Assembly: GCA_013115125.1 (NCBI GenBank)
Contig: JABANN010000115.1
Coordinates: 49,788 to 69,787, forward strand
Length of the DNA: 20,000 nt
DNA from: Perkinsus olseni
Lineage: Eukaryota
Reading direction: 5' to 3'
Numbering within the stretch: position 1 is the stretch's first letter; each line of letters opens with the position of its first letter. Positions 8,843-20,000 of the stretch are shown piece after piece. The notes under the pieces were generated by a model, which had not been told where the DNA came from, did not search any database, and worked only from the letters and a program-made list of their open reading frames with translations. Position numbers and translations under genes: made by a program.

Positions 8843-9366
8843 GGGATTTTGTCTGAGCCAGAAAATTTATTCCAGACTCTTACACGCAGTAGGCGCTGAG
8901 ATGTACTGGCATCAGTGATTTGCATATCAAGTTGGAACAGGTTGTATGCTTACCGTGGACCCTCAGCCATGATGCTTGTCACTCTTTTCCGCGAACGAGG
9001 AGGCCGATCCCGAAAAAGGAAATGAACTGCAATGGCAGTCCCCCCCCGGTGATTGACAAGCCCAAGCCATCAGTCTGTACACATGAAACTCCATGGTGTT
9101 ACTGTCCATCCGCGACTTTGTCACGCGCCACGAAATTACAAAAGTACTAATAATGGAGGCGCTCACAGCAGGAGAAGGATGATGGCAACAGCCGCACAGT
9201 CACCGACTTGCACAACAGAGCAAGACGGGCCGATGGTTACTTTATAGTGAAAAAACGCTAACACCTATATACTGAGGAGTAGCATACCTTTTCGAAAACA
9301 ACTGTGGGCGTAGCGATAAGAGACGACACGAGAAAGAAAACTTATTCTCATCAATAGGGACGAGCC

Positions 9367-11342
9367 TCAGCGTCTTCTGGTGATATCATACTTGCATATT
9401 GGGCAGCGATGATTCACTCGAAGCCAATGGTCGATGCTGAAGAGGAACTAGGAATAGTAACGTATCTTTCTCACTCATCATGGCTCATGGTCAAGCTAAG
9501 ATATGTAGCAGTAGTTGCACACGCACGCGCAAGATGACACAAGAAGTCCAGCCGCAGTCCCAGTAGCAGCAGCAGGCTACCATTTAGTGTGGAAGGTGTG
9601 GAGACACGGCAGACCCTTGACGAGGTCTCCACTCCTGAGCTCATCCATGCATATTGAGCATTTCACGCCACCGATGTCGCTGTAGTATCTGAAAACCCGC
9701 TACTGAGATACAGAAGTACGATAACTCCCTTGAAGTGCCGCGAGATTTGACGGCATATTTCCTAGAGAATTCAGTGCCTCGATCTCAGCTGATAGGCTTC
9801 TATCCACACGAGACGCTTGAGAGTATCTTAGGTTCAAGGTTGACCTATTCCGTAAGGTTGCATTGCGGCAAGATACGCCAACCTATCCCCACCCCACATA
9901 ACTGCTCTGACCCAGTCAGGAACAGCGCTCCAATATAAAACCACGCGCGAACGACGAGAAGATACCAAAAATTCCGCAAATCACCTGTGGCTAACAATAG
10001 CATCTATTCTGTAGTTATCAAGTCCCTTCTTGGAGCTCCTGTCCGTATCAGCCTCCAGAATCTCAATCAGTGATTTCAAGCCGGCGGTCAGCTGCACGCC
10101 GGAGGCTTCGAAGGGCACAGAACTCTCTGGCACTCGGCCAGTCGTCGGTGCACCAACCTCGCTACCCTCGCTCCTTTTGTCTCCAGTACCTGTCGTAACC
10201 ACTGGCGACGGCAGCACGCTCCGAGAAAGGGCGTTGAATCCCCCTACACCATATGTCAGCAACAAGCTCCTCACTATTATCGTCGTTCTTCCGACCCCTC
10301 AGACGATACTGCATGAATGTCCCACACAGACGGCAGCCACAAGCATCTGCGGGAGGAAACATGATCGCCGGTGACCTCGAGCGTAGAAAATATACCGGCC
10401 AATGCCTCTTCCCCTTCTATCTTGATACTATCCCTTCTGTTAGCCTGCTCGCTTACAGCGCCTCCCTTGTGCACTACTTCTACGACGAAGGTCCCTCAAC
10501 CTAGTTGGCTGCGTACCTTACCTCCACCTGCGGACGACGCGAGCAGGTCGCCGCTCCTTACTCCCTTCACTGAGCTTCCTGAAAACTGATCCACGGAGGG
10601 TAACTTATGTTGACCGGCGGGAGACATACTTGATTGCTCTTCCAAGCATCCCTTCTATCACGATAGCCACCATAAGCAGCCAGCAGCTGCTTCACTCCCC
10701 CTCCACGAAGGCTCGATCGAATACTCGAAGCCCTCCCCTGGGGAAAACCACCTATCCATACCACACCACGCTGAACTCTCATTCAAATAAGTGTAACGGT
10801 ATTCCCTTAATTGCCCATCATCGTTCTCTCCTTAGCGGAGCGATGCCCCATCACCCCTGCACGTACCGAAGATGCCCCGCTCTTGGTCATAGCAATGCTA
10901 GGAGACACTATACTTGAGGATGATGACGAGAAGCTTCCCAGACTGCCCCGCCCCCTGCTGACCGCATCGGAGGGAGTTCTGTCGAAAAAGCCGGCCTGAA
11001 AGGCTGATAATCTTCCAGTCTAACAACAAAGGGGCCATTACGGTTCTGCCATGCTTGCTGAAGTACGGCGTCGAGTACACCCCCGAGCTCAGGGACGAAC
11101 GTGACCGGGATCGACCGAAGCGATCAAGGTCGGGAGACCGAGAGCTTTGCTGAGTTGCAGGGGGCGTATCCAACGTCGAAGGGCGCCTTTCCTACACCCA
11201 CCGTCCATTCCGCAGAATACCCTGTTTCCTCCCGGCGCGTCGATGGGTAGACTAAAAAGACCCCCCGTTCCCCTATACCACTTAAAGGTCTACACAGACC
11301 CTCATTAGCCTCTGCATGCCGACGTTGCTGCACCATCCACAT
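9367..11342 (-). CDS. RING-H2 (C3H2C3) zinc-finger E3 ubiquitin ligase with a long Ser-rich N-terminal region; 5' extent uncertain
   Basis: The RING domain is absent from the ORF track. The spliced exons are ...KKGLDNYRIDAIVSHR (ends 9985), intron 9984-9689, exon 9688-9581 YYSDIGGVKCSICMDELRSGDLVKGLPCLHTFHTKC, intron 9580-9437, and exon 9436-9367 IDHWLRVNHRCPICKYDITRRR*. This gives the full C-x2-C...C-x-H-x2-H-x2-C...W...C-x2-C pattern. Upstream exons to ~11340 are inferred from splice signals only. Confidence 0.85.
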
Positions 11343-11349
11343 GTAGTTT

Positions 11350-12629
11350 GGCGAGTGGACCTTCGACCCCCTCTCCTGATCGTCAAGGGCTGCCCGACAC
11401 CCGAGGGCGGATCAAGTCTCACCAGATTCGCGGACAGACCAAATTCGTCCAGAAGGGAGGTGTCCTGAACACGGCCATTGCCCTAAAATGCAGTACCGCG
11501 TCTAAGCCTTACCATGATTCTCTTGTACTTGTTACTACTACTACTACTGCCACCACCGACGAGAGTCCTTCCTGAGAGAGAACTAACGGAGCCTCCCCCC
11601 GGCCCTCAACTACCCTCCTTCTCATCAGACAGACGACCGAGGTCCTGCTGTGACATTCTATGGGTGAAAACACTGCAGCTGGTCTTCACCGCGGTTCTCA
11701 ACGCCCTCAGGCCCCACACGATGGAGGGCAACCCTCCTTGCTGTCAAAAACAGCGCTTCGACGCGTCTTGTACTGCTCAGATGCAAACGACTTCTCCTGG
11801 CGAGAATGAGGCGGTTGGAGCGAGGATACGATGGGCCTTTACGGTGATCTTGAAGCGGGGGTTGAGACGAAGGAAATGTCCCCGATGCTATTCCCAGCGG
11901 AATCGTCAGCCGCGCTCGAGCAATCTTGCTCACTTACCATTCCTCAACGCTAGACTCGCCGTTCTGCGCGCGCGTTGTGGTGAGGCTCTGATACAGTGTC
12001 TTCGTTAGTGCTGTAAAGTCGAAGGGGCAGCTCAGCATACGGAGGGTAGAAAGCGCTAGTTGGACCGCTTATATTTTTCCCACTACTCTTGTGGCAGTGT
12101 AGGGCGTTCACCTCCCCCAAAGGCGAGAAAAATGGGATACCTTTCTCGTAGAAAAGATCTACATCGTTGGTGGAAATGTGGTACTCAGCATTGGAAGGGC
12201 GGGCAAGGCTGCCATTGACAATCCTGCGTGCCTGCTGGTGACCCATGCCAGGTTTCGTTGATGTATCACCACGGATCGGAGGTAGAGGGCAGCCCCTCCA
12301 ATGGAGGGCCTCCATCGCTCTCAGATGACCCTCTCGGTTGTCTCGCTTATGTCGACCCGCGTGGTCGGAATACGCCAATAGTGTCACACTAGCAACAGCG
12401 TCTATAAGAGTTCTAGTGCCGCAGAGTCACCACCCATGTTAGTTTTATTCCTTCTATTATGACATCCTCCTCTTCCCCGCAGGACGATGACGAAGGGAAG
12501 TCCTGCATGCCCGTTCCTGGCTTCTGGAATTCCCTTACCGACTGGCTTGGTGGCATGTGCGTTGAACACCGAGAGGTACAATTTCGTGGCGCGTGACGGG
12601 TTCTCGGTGGTCAGGAGTAATTTTGGCAT
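11350..12629 (-). CDS. Probable further minus-strand exons (5' part of the RING gene or a separate hypothetical gene)
   Basis: Recurring minus-strand GTRAG donors and YAG acceptors flank low-complexity ORF pieces such as GGGSSSSSNKYKRIM and ORF 11950-12387. No family is recognisable. Confidence 0.3.
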
Positions 12630-12875
12630 ACTAGACAGTCTTCAAAGCCGTTTCACGACGGAAATAGTAACGTCGTGAGGTTTGGTTATGACGATAAATC
12701 TGGTCTCGCTCAAGACGCGGTGGATGTAGCAAATTTGACTGCCATCATATCCGCCGTTTAATTATGATCTGGGCGAAGTTTGGTAGTGTGCGAGGTGATG
12801 ATGGACTTGAGTAATGGGCCATTCCTGAAGGCTCTATCGTGGCGGATGGTAGTACTAGAGTGAGGCGACTGAAAG

Positions 12876-13404
12876 TGTGGCTTTGACGATCATCTTGGTT
12901 GGGTCAAAAAAATTCCATCACCTACGACCATTCAGGTCGGAGTGGAGAACCGTTACTACTTCGACGAGAGCAGCAAAACCTGGGAATTACGTGGTGGCGA
13001 GACTGAGGAGGACCGACAGGCCAATCTTGCCATACAGACGGGCGCCCAAGGTAGGCTGCATCTGATTTTTCTGGTCATCCTTTCTCTCCGTCCCATCTTG
13101 TGTTCCCTCTGTGATTTTTTACTCAGGTGAGCTCCCTGGAGAGCGGCCTGCCTGGCGTACTGGAGCCCCAATGGCTGACGAGAAGGACTTAGCTCCCCCG
13201 CCTACCGACATTCCCGTTTGCACGCGGCAATACAATCAGACGCCCTCTAAGAAGTTACCTTCTGACGAGTTCCTCGAGCATCCGGTGTATGCTCCCAAAT
13301 CCTTCGCGGTGCGGGAGGATCTCACGGATCCGCGACCAGTTCATGACCTGCCTCCCCAGCCAAAGCCAAACGTTTACTCTAACCCGTTCGGAGCCGCCTC
13401 GTAG
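12876..13404 (+). CDS. Small Pro-rich protein with a Sec16 C-terminal-like motif and a terminal NPF; start uncertain
   Basis: GWVKKIPSPTTIQVGVENRYYFDESSKTWELRG resembles the Sec16 C-terminal 'LGEEN.FYYD..LKRWV' motif as recalled, followed by APPP. A phase-1 intron at 13051-13126 (GTAGG..pyrimidine tract..CAG) joins ORFs 12942 and 13111. The protein ends VYSNPFGAAS*. Confidence 0.6.
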
Positions 13405-13733
13405 CCGTTGTCTCATAGTCTTAGGAGATCTCCTCTCCTTCTCTTCCGCCAACAATAGATTTTGTATTCAACTGGTATCGTTCTACAGTGTATACAATTT
13501 ACGCTCCACCCTCGATGTTTTGTTCCTAGTGCAACCGAGACGTCCGCTTCTGGTCGAGAGACGTCTCGAGATGGATATCATTCTTATGGAGTCCGTCTAT
13601 CGTTTTGGGCGGAAATGGAGTGGGAGCGACTTAGAGACGCAAATTGCTGACGAAATGAAAGGCGCCGACAGAAGCTTGTGAGGAAATCGTATCAGAGACA
13701 GGTGTGTTGTTCCAAACACCGAGCCCGCCAAGT

Positions 13734-13797
13734 CGCTCGGAGACTTCCCTGATGAAGTTCGACAGGCCCTGTAGTACTTCATCAGGGAAGACCAGCG
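13734..13797. other. Long foldback hairpin with a perfect 15-bp core stem
   Basis: CTTCCCTGATGAAGT (13744-13758) is the exact reverse complement of ACTTCATCAGGGAAG (13776-13790). Inner ACAG/CTGT and outer CGCT..GG/CC..AGCG pairing extend the stem. Confidence 0.85.
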
Positions 13798-15099
13798 GAT
13801 CACTCCGAAAGGGGAGGGGACGACAGAGAGAGTCCGCAACCCGATCCCCATCCTGGAGAGATCCGGGGGCGTGCCCTTCGGCACATGGCAAGAGGTGACA
13901 ACCGACAGAGGTGTCCTGAGTCGCGTAGTCTTGAAGCGTCACCTAGCCTCAGTACAGGCTTTGTAGTACAGGGTCTTTCGATATGATATGCAAACGAGTA
14001 GAACTAGCTCATCTCAGCACATACTGCGTGTTCAAGTCTGAAGCTTTAGTATCGCTGATCGTTCAACCGGCGTGGAACGCCGGTTCCGGCTTAGACTCCT
14101 GCCGATTTGCACAATTGTAGACTTTCTGTAGCGTTGGCATGCAGCGCAATCAGACAGATTGTCAAGAAGTTTCCCCTATCTGTAGCGCTGTGGGTGGTGG
14201 CCCTTCCCCGACTCGGAAACTCAAACTCTCCGGAACTTCACATCGATCGATAAAGGAGGACATCGTAACGTGGGTACATCTCCGGGATAGTGAATCCCGG
14301 TGGAAAGTGAATGATGAAGACACTTGACGTGTGCTACCAACGCCCGGCATTCGGAGTCATATTCGCGGGGAGATGAAACCCCCCGGTTTGGAAGGGCATG
14401 TAGGGATGTGATCAGAACGGGCATGCGGGAGAGAATCAACCAGCGTGAAATGGGACGGGACCACTCGACCAGGTAGACGTTAACATGCAGTACGCTCCTA
14501 TACACTCTGAAAATACCACAGAGCTACAAATTGGTCTGGAATAAAGTCAACGTTGATTTGACTCTCAACTACTGAGAGTTTGAACCAGATTCGTTGTCAC
14601 TCAATTTACCAACCGAAAGTTATCTCTTGTACTAAAATTTACTGAATTTTATCCCCCAGCCAGCAACGTAGGTAACAGCATCACCAAACCCTCCCCTTCT
14701 TCGAATTTTGGTCCAAGCTCATTCGCGATGGAACTCGCTGATTCACGAGCCCAACAGTGGAGAGTAAAATCCGCCAGTATTCTTACTGATCGTGGGCTGC
14801 GGCTGCCATGAGCTTGGCGTGAAGGGTAGGGGGACTCCGATGGTCGCCCTCGTAAGGGGCGGGGGTAGGCTGCGGATAGAGTAGGCAGGAGGGGGAGGAG
14901 GAGCATATGCCTGAGCGGGAGACCCACGTACATTACACAGCCGCCGCAGAATGGCGACTAAGCTATTGATTCCTTGGTTTGATGACAGGGTCCATTCAAC
15001 ATGCTACACTGATCCACCACACAGAGGTACATCGGTGCTAGTCTAACTAAGCCGTAATGCTTCAAACTCACACACGCACTTGGCGGGCAGCAGGCTTTA

Positions 15100-17437
15100 A
15101 TGATCCCAACCCTTGCAAAATTCTTCCCTTCAGAGAGAATCCCCACATCCTATCACACGCAAGACTATGCTCACCTGGGCAACATTAATATTCCTTTGGC
15201 CCTCGCTCTTCACAGATTCTCGCTGTAGCCGAGAAGGCTGCTGCTGCTGGTTGCTCGTCGCGGCTGCGCGAATCGACGCCCTGCCGTCCTGTAACAAGAA
15301 GTACCCCATGGCACTCCTCTCGACCCAGCCGTGTCCAAGCTCGTCTCCCCAGCCTACCCGATGTGATCGGTTACCAACCTCTTCAGAGACAGGGGCTGCT
15401 GACCTAGCGGCCGATGCTTCGGTCGGATCCAACAGGGAACTGCGCCTCCGTCGGGCCTTCTCGACCGACTTAGCCTGAGGGGAGCATTGTTGTCCCTTTC
15501 ATGAGAACTAACGTGAAGGTGGTATCGAGTGAATCCTTGAAAATTTCCAAAATCATAAAATGAAAAAACAGCATTTCCTTCTTTATCTCCATTAATGACT
15601 GACATGGCTCCCACTCTCCGGAGCACTCCTTCCAATAGCGATTCTCTCCCACTGCGAATTTGATGCCCCTTCAAAGGGTGTCTATATCGATTGCTCGATC
15701 GATTAGCACTCAGGAACTCTCCAGCTTAGTGCTTTAATGGGAATTATGGGAGAATTCCGTTACGGGATTTCCGTATCGTACCCTAACGCTAATAGCAGTG
15801 TTTGCATGAACTAGTGAGGAATCGCCTCTTTCCCTCAGCACCTCTATCGTGGACTGTATCCGAGGGCACCAGAGCCCGGCTGACTGTAAGCAGTCAGCAG
15901 CTGAGTTGAGCTGTGGTAATGTGACGGCCCTTGAACTCGCCAGGCAGGTGGCCAAGGCCATGTAGCGATGGAGTATCTGGGAAAAGGGAAATCGACCGCA
16001 GGCGTCTGCATCCCCCCCCCACCAATCCCTTATCCATATTAAATTTACAGGCAATCGGCAGAAGCCGCTTCCGTAACCGAACCGTGTACTGGGCGAAAGA
16101 ACGTTTTATCTGACGGGAAGGGAAATGATCGTGAAAAGTCATCAAAGGAGACACGTCATCACCTCGGCCTCCTTCTTTGCATGAGTATCAACACGAAGTT
16201 TCTCGACCTCCGCATGCACTCGCTTCTCAGCCAGCATCTTGTCACGTTCATACTTGGCTGAAAAGGCAGTCATCGAGTAGGGCAGGCCAAGTGCTTGATC
16301 ACCGATAGACGGAACTGGACTCACTTCTCTTCAGGTCGTTGCTGGTCTCCTCTTTAATAGTCCGAACTTCGGCCAGTTCTAAGGACCAAGATATGACCAC
16401 AGCGAGGTGGCTGCCAGCGATCTTACTCGCTTGAACTCTTTCTCGGCTGCGTACCCTTCTCTCCTTGCGCAGCTGCGATCGTTCGAACCACCCTACTCGT
16501 TCCTTTTCTTCCAAATCATCCGCCTCCAAGGCCATCCGCACCCACATGGTCTGCGGACAGCATTCCTGTCTTTCGCGAGCCGCTACGGGCGTGTCACTCA
16601 CATGAACCTCGCTGCTCCGTTTGAGAGCTTCCTTCAGCTTCTGTTGCTTCACGAGCTCGGCGGATCCATGCCACTCAGCGAAACGGGACTCCGGCACGTA
16701 CCTGACGCAGGTTGCCCAAGGGAAATCTCCTTCTGTCACTAACATCGAGATTTTCTTCCTTCGACTTCGGCTCGGGGATGCTGAGCGTGAGCGCTCGAGC
16801 GAACTGTTGTCGAAGGCCACACGTCTGTAGGAGCGGTTGATCTGACAGCAGGCAGGGGTCCCTGCGACTTTGATGGGCAGCAGCCGCCACCCTCACGAAG
16901 ATAAGGCATGCCTCACCTCAGCCAGGCCGTCCCGAAGGACTCTGTCTTCGGTCTCCTTATGATACCGCCTAGCGTTTGCAGTAATGCCCTCCACGTATCT
17001 ATGCATGAACAACATTGTAGAATCGCTCGAAAAAAATTTCCATCTTACCCCACGCTGATGGCCATGAGCGGTCGCTCTAAGGCTTCCAATTTGTCGGCCG
17101 CCTTAGCACGGAGTTGCTTGAGTCTTTGCCTTCCCTAAGACCACAGCAGATCAGGCGAAGCGAAGGCCTGCTACCGCTGACGACCTCACCGTTCCGCCAG
17201 GATCTCTCGACAGAATCAGCCTGTAGAGGTAAAACCGAACCTGACATGCATGCGTACGAGACAATTGGCTGCTGGGAAGAAGGCAGACTTCTTGTCCCGA
17301 TCATGCTGCCGAGAGAGCGGCTTACGTAATGCATTTCATGGAGACGGCAGAGCTCCGACTGCCGTATGGGCCTCTCGCTGCCGCCCTCAACGCCGAAATT
17401 GAGCAGCATCGCTCGGCACAGCACCTGCAGTCACCGT

Positions 17438-17468
<31 letters not shown>

Positions 17469-17950
17469 AGGATGATGATTACGCATCGAGAGACGTCTGC
17501 CTGGACGGTCAATAGCTTCTGGGGTATCTTGAATCTGTTGATGTCGAAGAAAGGTGCCTGGTCGAGGACCCAGCTCGAGTCCTTCATATAATAAGACAAG
17601 ACCGATATACCTTCAGTAGGGCTTCTGACAGCTGTGGTCCGACGACTTCCTCATCATCGTCGTTATCATCCTCTCGTGCCTGCCAAGAAAGGGCTATGGC
17701 GTTACCCAACTCCTCCGGGAAATAGCTGTGCGTCAACAAGCGACAACAAGACGCGTAGGTTTGCGGCATCCGCACGCTAAGTAGCTGCTTCAACCACAGT
17801 CCAACCTTCGGAAGGGAAGGGAGCATACCCAGCCAGGGAGTGAGTGGTAGCTCAGTGACTTCTGCCCTTCTGCCGCCAAATCCTTCATCACCGCCTTCCC
17901 TCCATCTTCCGCCACATCACGCGGAGCCGATTCAGGATGGACAACCTCGG
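15100..17950 (-). CDS. Multi-exon hypothetical protein with charged coiled-coil-like segments; boundaries approximate
   Basis: A chain of short exons is linked by GT..AG introns, e.g. 17482-17425 and 17325-17272. Segments include QRLKQLRAKAADKLEALE, QQKLKEALKR, ALEADDLEEKER and KYERDKMLAEKRVHAEVEKLR. No family is recognised. Confidence 0.55.
17438..17466. repeat. (GCA)9 microsatellite, intronic
   Basis: A perfect GCA run lies inside intron 17482-17425. It explains the spurious poly-Cys in ORF 17387-17599. Confidence 0.9.
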
Positions 17951-18719
17951 GAGCTGCCTGTGACGGTCCCTGCGGCGCGTTCTACAAGAGAGCCGTAAAG
18001 ACGTGAACTTCGGATTTTCATCCACCTACTTGTGGCGGGAGGAAGGATATCCTATCCATCGATGGTCGTGTTGCTGTAGATAGTAGCATAACTCAACATC
18101 AAGAAGCTGATGGGTTTGATATGCGTGCAGAACGAAGCTTACTACGAGGTGCCTTACTGCAGTGTCCAGCCGGACTAGAGCTTTCGATTGGTGTACGTTA
18201 CAACTGCCAACTCGTTTACTCGAAAAATTCATGAGGGGTGGTCGGCACCCTGTATGAGCATCACATGATCTCAGAAAATGGATCAATAGGAGCCCTATTA
18301 TACTCCCACCTAAGGAATAATAAAGACCCACCATCAATGGACCTATTATAGGGCAATTCAAAATCATGCCTTTAATTTTGATGTTACGATTTTACGTGAG
18401 TAAAGACGAGAGTCTCGGCCAAATGTTCAGGGTGACACCGATCAGATGAGCGGTCCTGTTTCCTGGTGAGTTGTTTGAGCTCAACGACCGCCTGGACGAG
18501 AGAGGCCGCCCTTGAGTCATAATCGAATGGGCGAATAATGTGCCCTAGTCATAATGGGCGAACAGGTCGCTTGTGATGCGCGCGACGACTGGAGAGCGAA
18601 CAGATGAGGACTACTGCGCTGGCAATCTAGGAGAGAATCAATTGACAAGACAATGCAGCAATATCCTTGCATAGAAAAGCACGAAAAAAAATTATCAAAA
18701 TTCCTCATAGTAGTGAAGG

Positions 18720-20000
18720 CTATGTCAGATTCATGGTCACGTCTTTGTCCTTCGTGTAGAAGCTCATAGAGTAGTCGCCCCCTTCCCGACCCATGCCACT
18801 AAGAATGATAATGTCATCCGACGGTGGCTTGCCTCTCTCGGTACCTTTGCTTCACCCCACCGAATGGTGTATTCAGATCGCGCTCCATCCATGTGTTGAC
18901 CCAGAGCATGCCAGTATCGATATCTCGAGCTAGCCGGTGGGCCACCGCGAAATCTGAGAGAGATCACCGTGCTGCTCCGAGGTCGTATCGCCCAGAAAGA
19001 GCAACCGCTATGCTGGGTCAATGCAAATCTGAATAGTGTCATTCATCCGTCCTGAGTTCATCCTAACTCAAGCGCTACCGTGCTGCTAGGCCGCGGTTCA
19101 ACAACAGCAGCAGCAGCAGCAGTAGCGGCAACGGGTTGAGTGGGCGTACGGGTACGGGAGCTGATGTGCTGATCCGATATCCGCCACACAGGACGCCAGT
19201 GACTGGAGCAGGTATCACTGACTGCTCTTGGCACCATAACAAGTAGACTCCATTTTTCCATGACGCTACTCATAGGGCTGTGCCACAATCAATACCATAA
19301 ATTTGCGAACCTCCGCTCCCATACTCTACTAAGACGAAGAATATCCCATTCACTCTTACCCTGTATCCATAAGGAGCCTGCCAGCCCATAGCAAGATGCA
19401 TTTGCAAGCCCAATGCACTCCTCCTCAGACGAGAACTTGTGCAGGGACACCACTGGGCCGAAGAACTCCTGAGTGCGCGATACGTCAGCAACACGCAGAC
19501 ACCGGGCGTGCAGTAGTCACCTTGTTCGCCACAAAATCATGATCTACACCCTCCAGAATAGTAATAGGGTAGCATGCCGTACCTGCTTCAACGTAGGCAA
19601 GTGATGATGGTGACGCTACGATATTACCATCATATTTCTCAGGACCGCCGAGAAGCACTCTCGCCGCTGGGTTGGCGTGGAGCGACCAGAGGACGAAGTT
19701 GTGCACACGCCAGGCATGCTCTCGGGAGACTAACGGGCCTGACGAGAAGGAAACTGTCGCTTCTTGATCACGAATCGTGAACCGGGGGCGTCAAATTGGC
19801 GTGGCAGCCGGCGATGCCCTTTGTGCTGATCGACGAGGCAATCTTACCATGTACAGCACGATGTATAAAAGAAGATTCTATCGAGCCGGGTCTGGAGTTG
19901 GGTTGTCTCAATGAGTGGTGATGGTATACTATACCATTCAGAAATCTATTTGGCGGATAAGGCCGCCTATTTGGGGGTCGAGGATTTCACGTTAGCGTTT
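18720..20000 (-). CDS. Aldehyde dehydrogenase, 3' half (ALDH8A1 / 2-amino- or 2-hydroxymuconic semialdehyde dehydrogenase-like); 5' end probably beyond the window
   Basis: The spliced product reads GPLVSREHAWRVHNFV...ARVLLGG...PITILEGVDHDFVANK | EFFGPVVSLHKFSSEEECIGLANASCYGLAGSLWIQ | DFAVAHRLARDIDTGMLWVNTWMERDLNTPFGGVKQ | SGMGREGGDYSMSFYTKDKDVTMNLT*. Introns are at 19847-19739, a 45-nt in-frame intron near 19600, 19520-19469, 19359-18954 and 18844-18799. Confidence 0.92.

Noticed and set aside
9437-9490. ATGATGA C-box-like motif in the RING intron
   Set aside because: There is no CTGA D box before the acceptor and no terminal stem.
11514-12008. Plus-strand ORF with an apparent signal peptide MILLYLLLLLLL
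   Set aside because: The poly-Leu derives from a (TAC)n microsatellite, and local splice signals point to the minus strand.
1494-13774. Stop-codon reassignment suggested by in-frame TGA (1496, 6497) and TAG (13772)
   Set aside because: The RING gene ends at TGA and ALDH at TAG at the expected positions, and the conserved exons contain no internal stops.
13744-13812. Hammerhead ribozyme or C/D snoRNA suggested by CTGATGA
   Set aside because: CTGATGA is sequestered in the perfect stem, and there is no correctly placed GAAA after a stem II or terminal D box.
13571-14475. Possible plus-strand spliced gene
   Set aside because: I could not build a consistent stop-free exon chain or recognise a product, so it is left unannotated.
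18966-19087. 11-bp direct repeat ACCGTGCTGCT (18966-18976, 19077-19087) in the 406-nt ALDH intron as a possible TSD
   Set aside because: About one such nearby 11-mer repeat is expected by chance in 20 kb, and no TIRs or poly-A tail lie between the copies.
1-20000. CRISPR array, rRNA, spliced-leader RNA, transposase or reverse transcriptase ORFs
   Set aside because: No regularly spaced repeats, no perkinsid/dinoflagellate SL 22-mer and no such motifs were seen by eye.

Overview
This is eukaryotic, intron-rich, gene-dense DNA. It has many short GT..AG introns (mostly 42-58 nt, often phase 0) and nearly all genes lie on the minus strand. The architecture resembles Perkinsus-type alveolate protists, which is an inference from gene structure only. 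After manual splicing I recognise a 7-TM SWEET/MtN3 sugar transporter with a His-rich N-terminus (7622-8761), a RING-H2 E3 ligase (C-terminus 9367-10230), a small plus-strand protein with a Sec16-C-terminus-like motif (~12876-13404), an unassigned multi-exon coiled-coil gene (~15100-17950) and the 3' half of an ALDH8A1/HMSA-dehydrogenase-type aldehyde dehydrogenase (18720 to the window end). The most unusual part is 109-6716, a tandem array of at least six divergent copies of an unrecognised ~100-aa Cys-containing domain ending in '[DE]A..[FL]A..WG'. The copies fall into two subtypes, are separated by acidic and Thr-rich linkers, and are probably secreted. This locus also holds a MITE-like foldback element, a copy with an in-frame TGA, and an intron made largely of a tRNA-like 3' half. 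A strong foldback hairpin lies at 13734-13797. Gene models are by-eye and 5' ends are uncertain.
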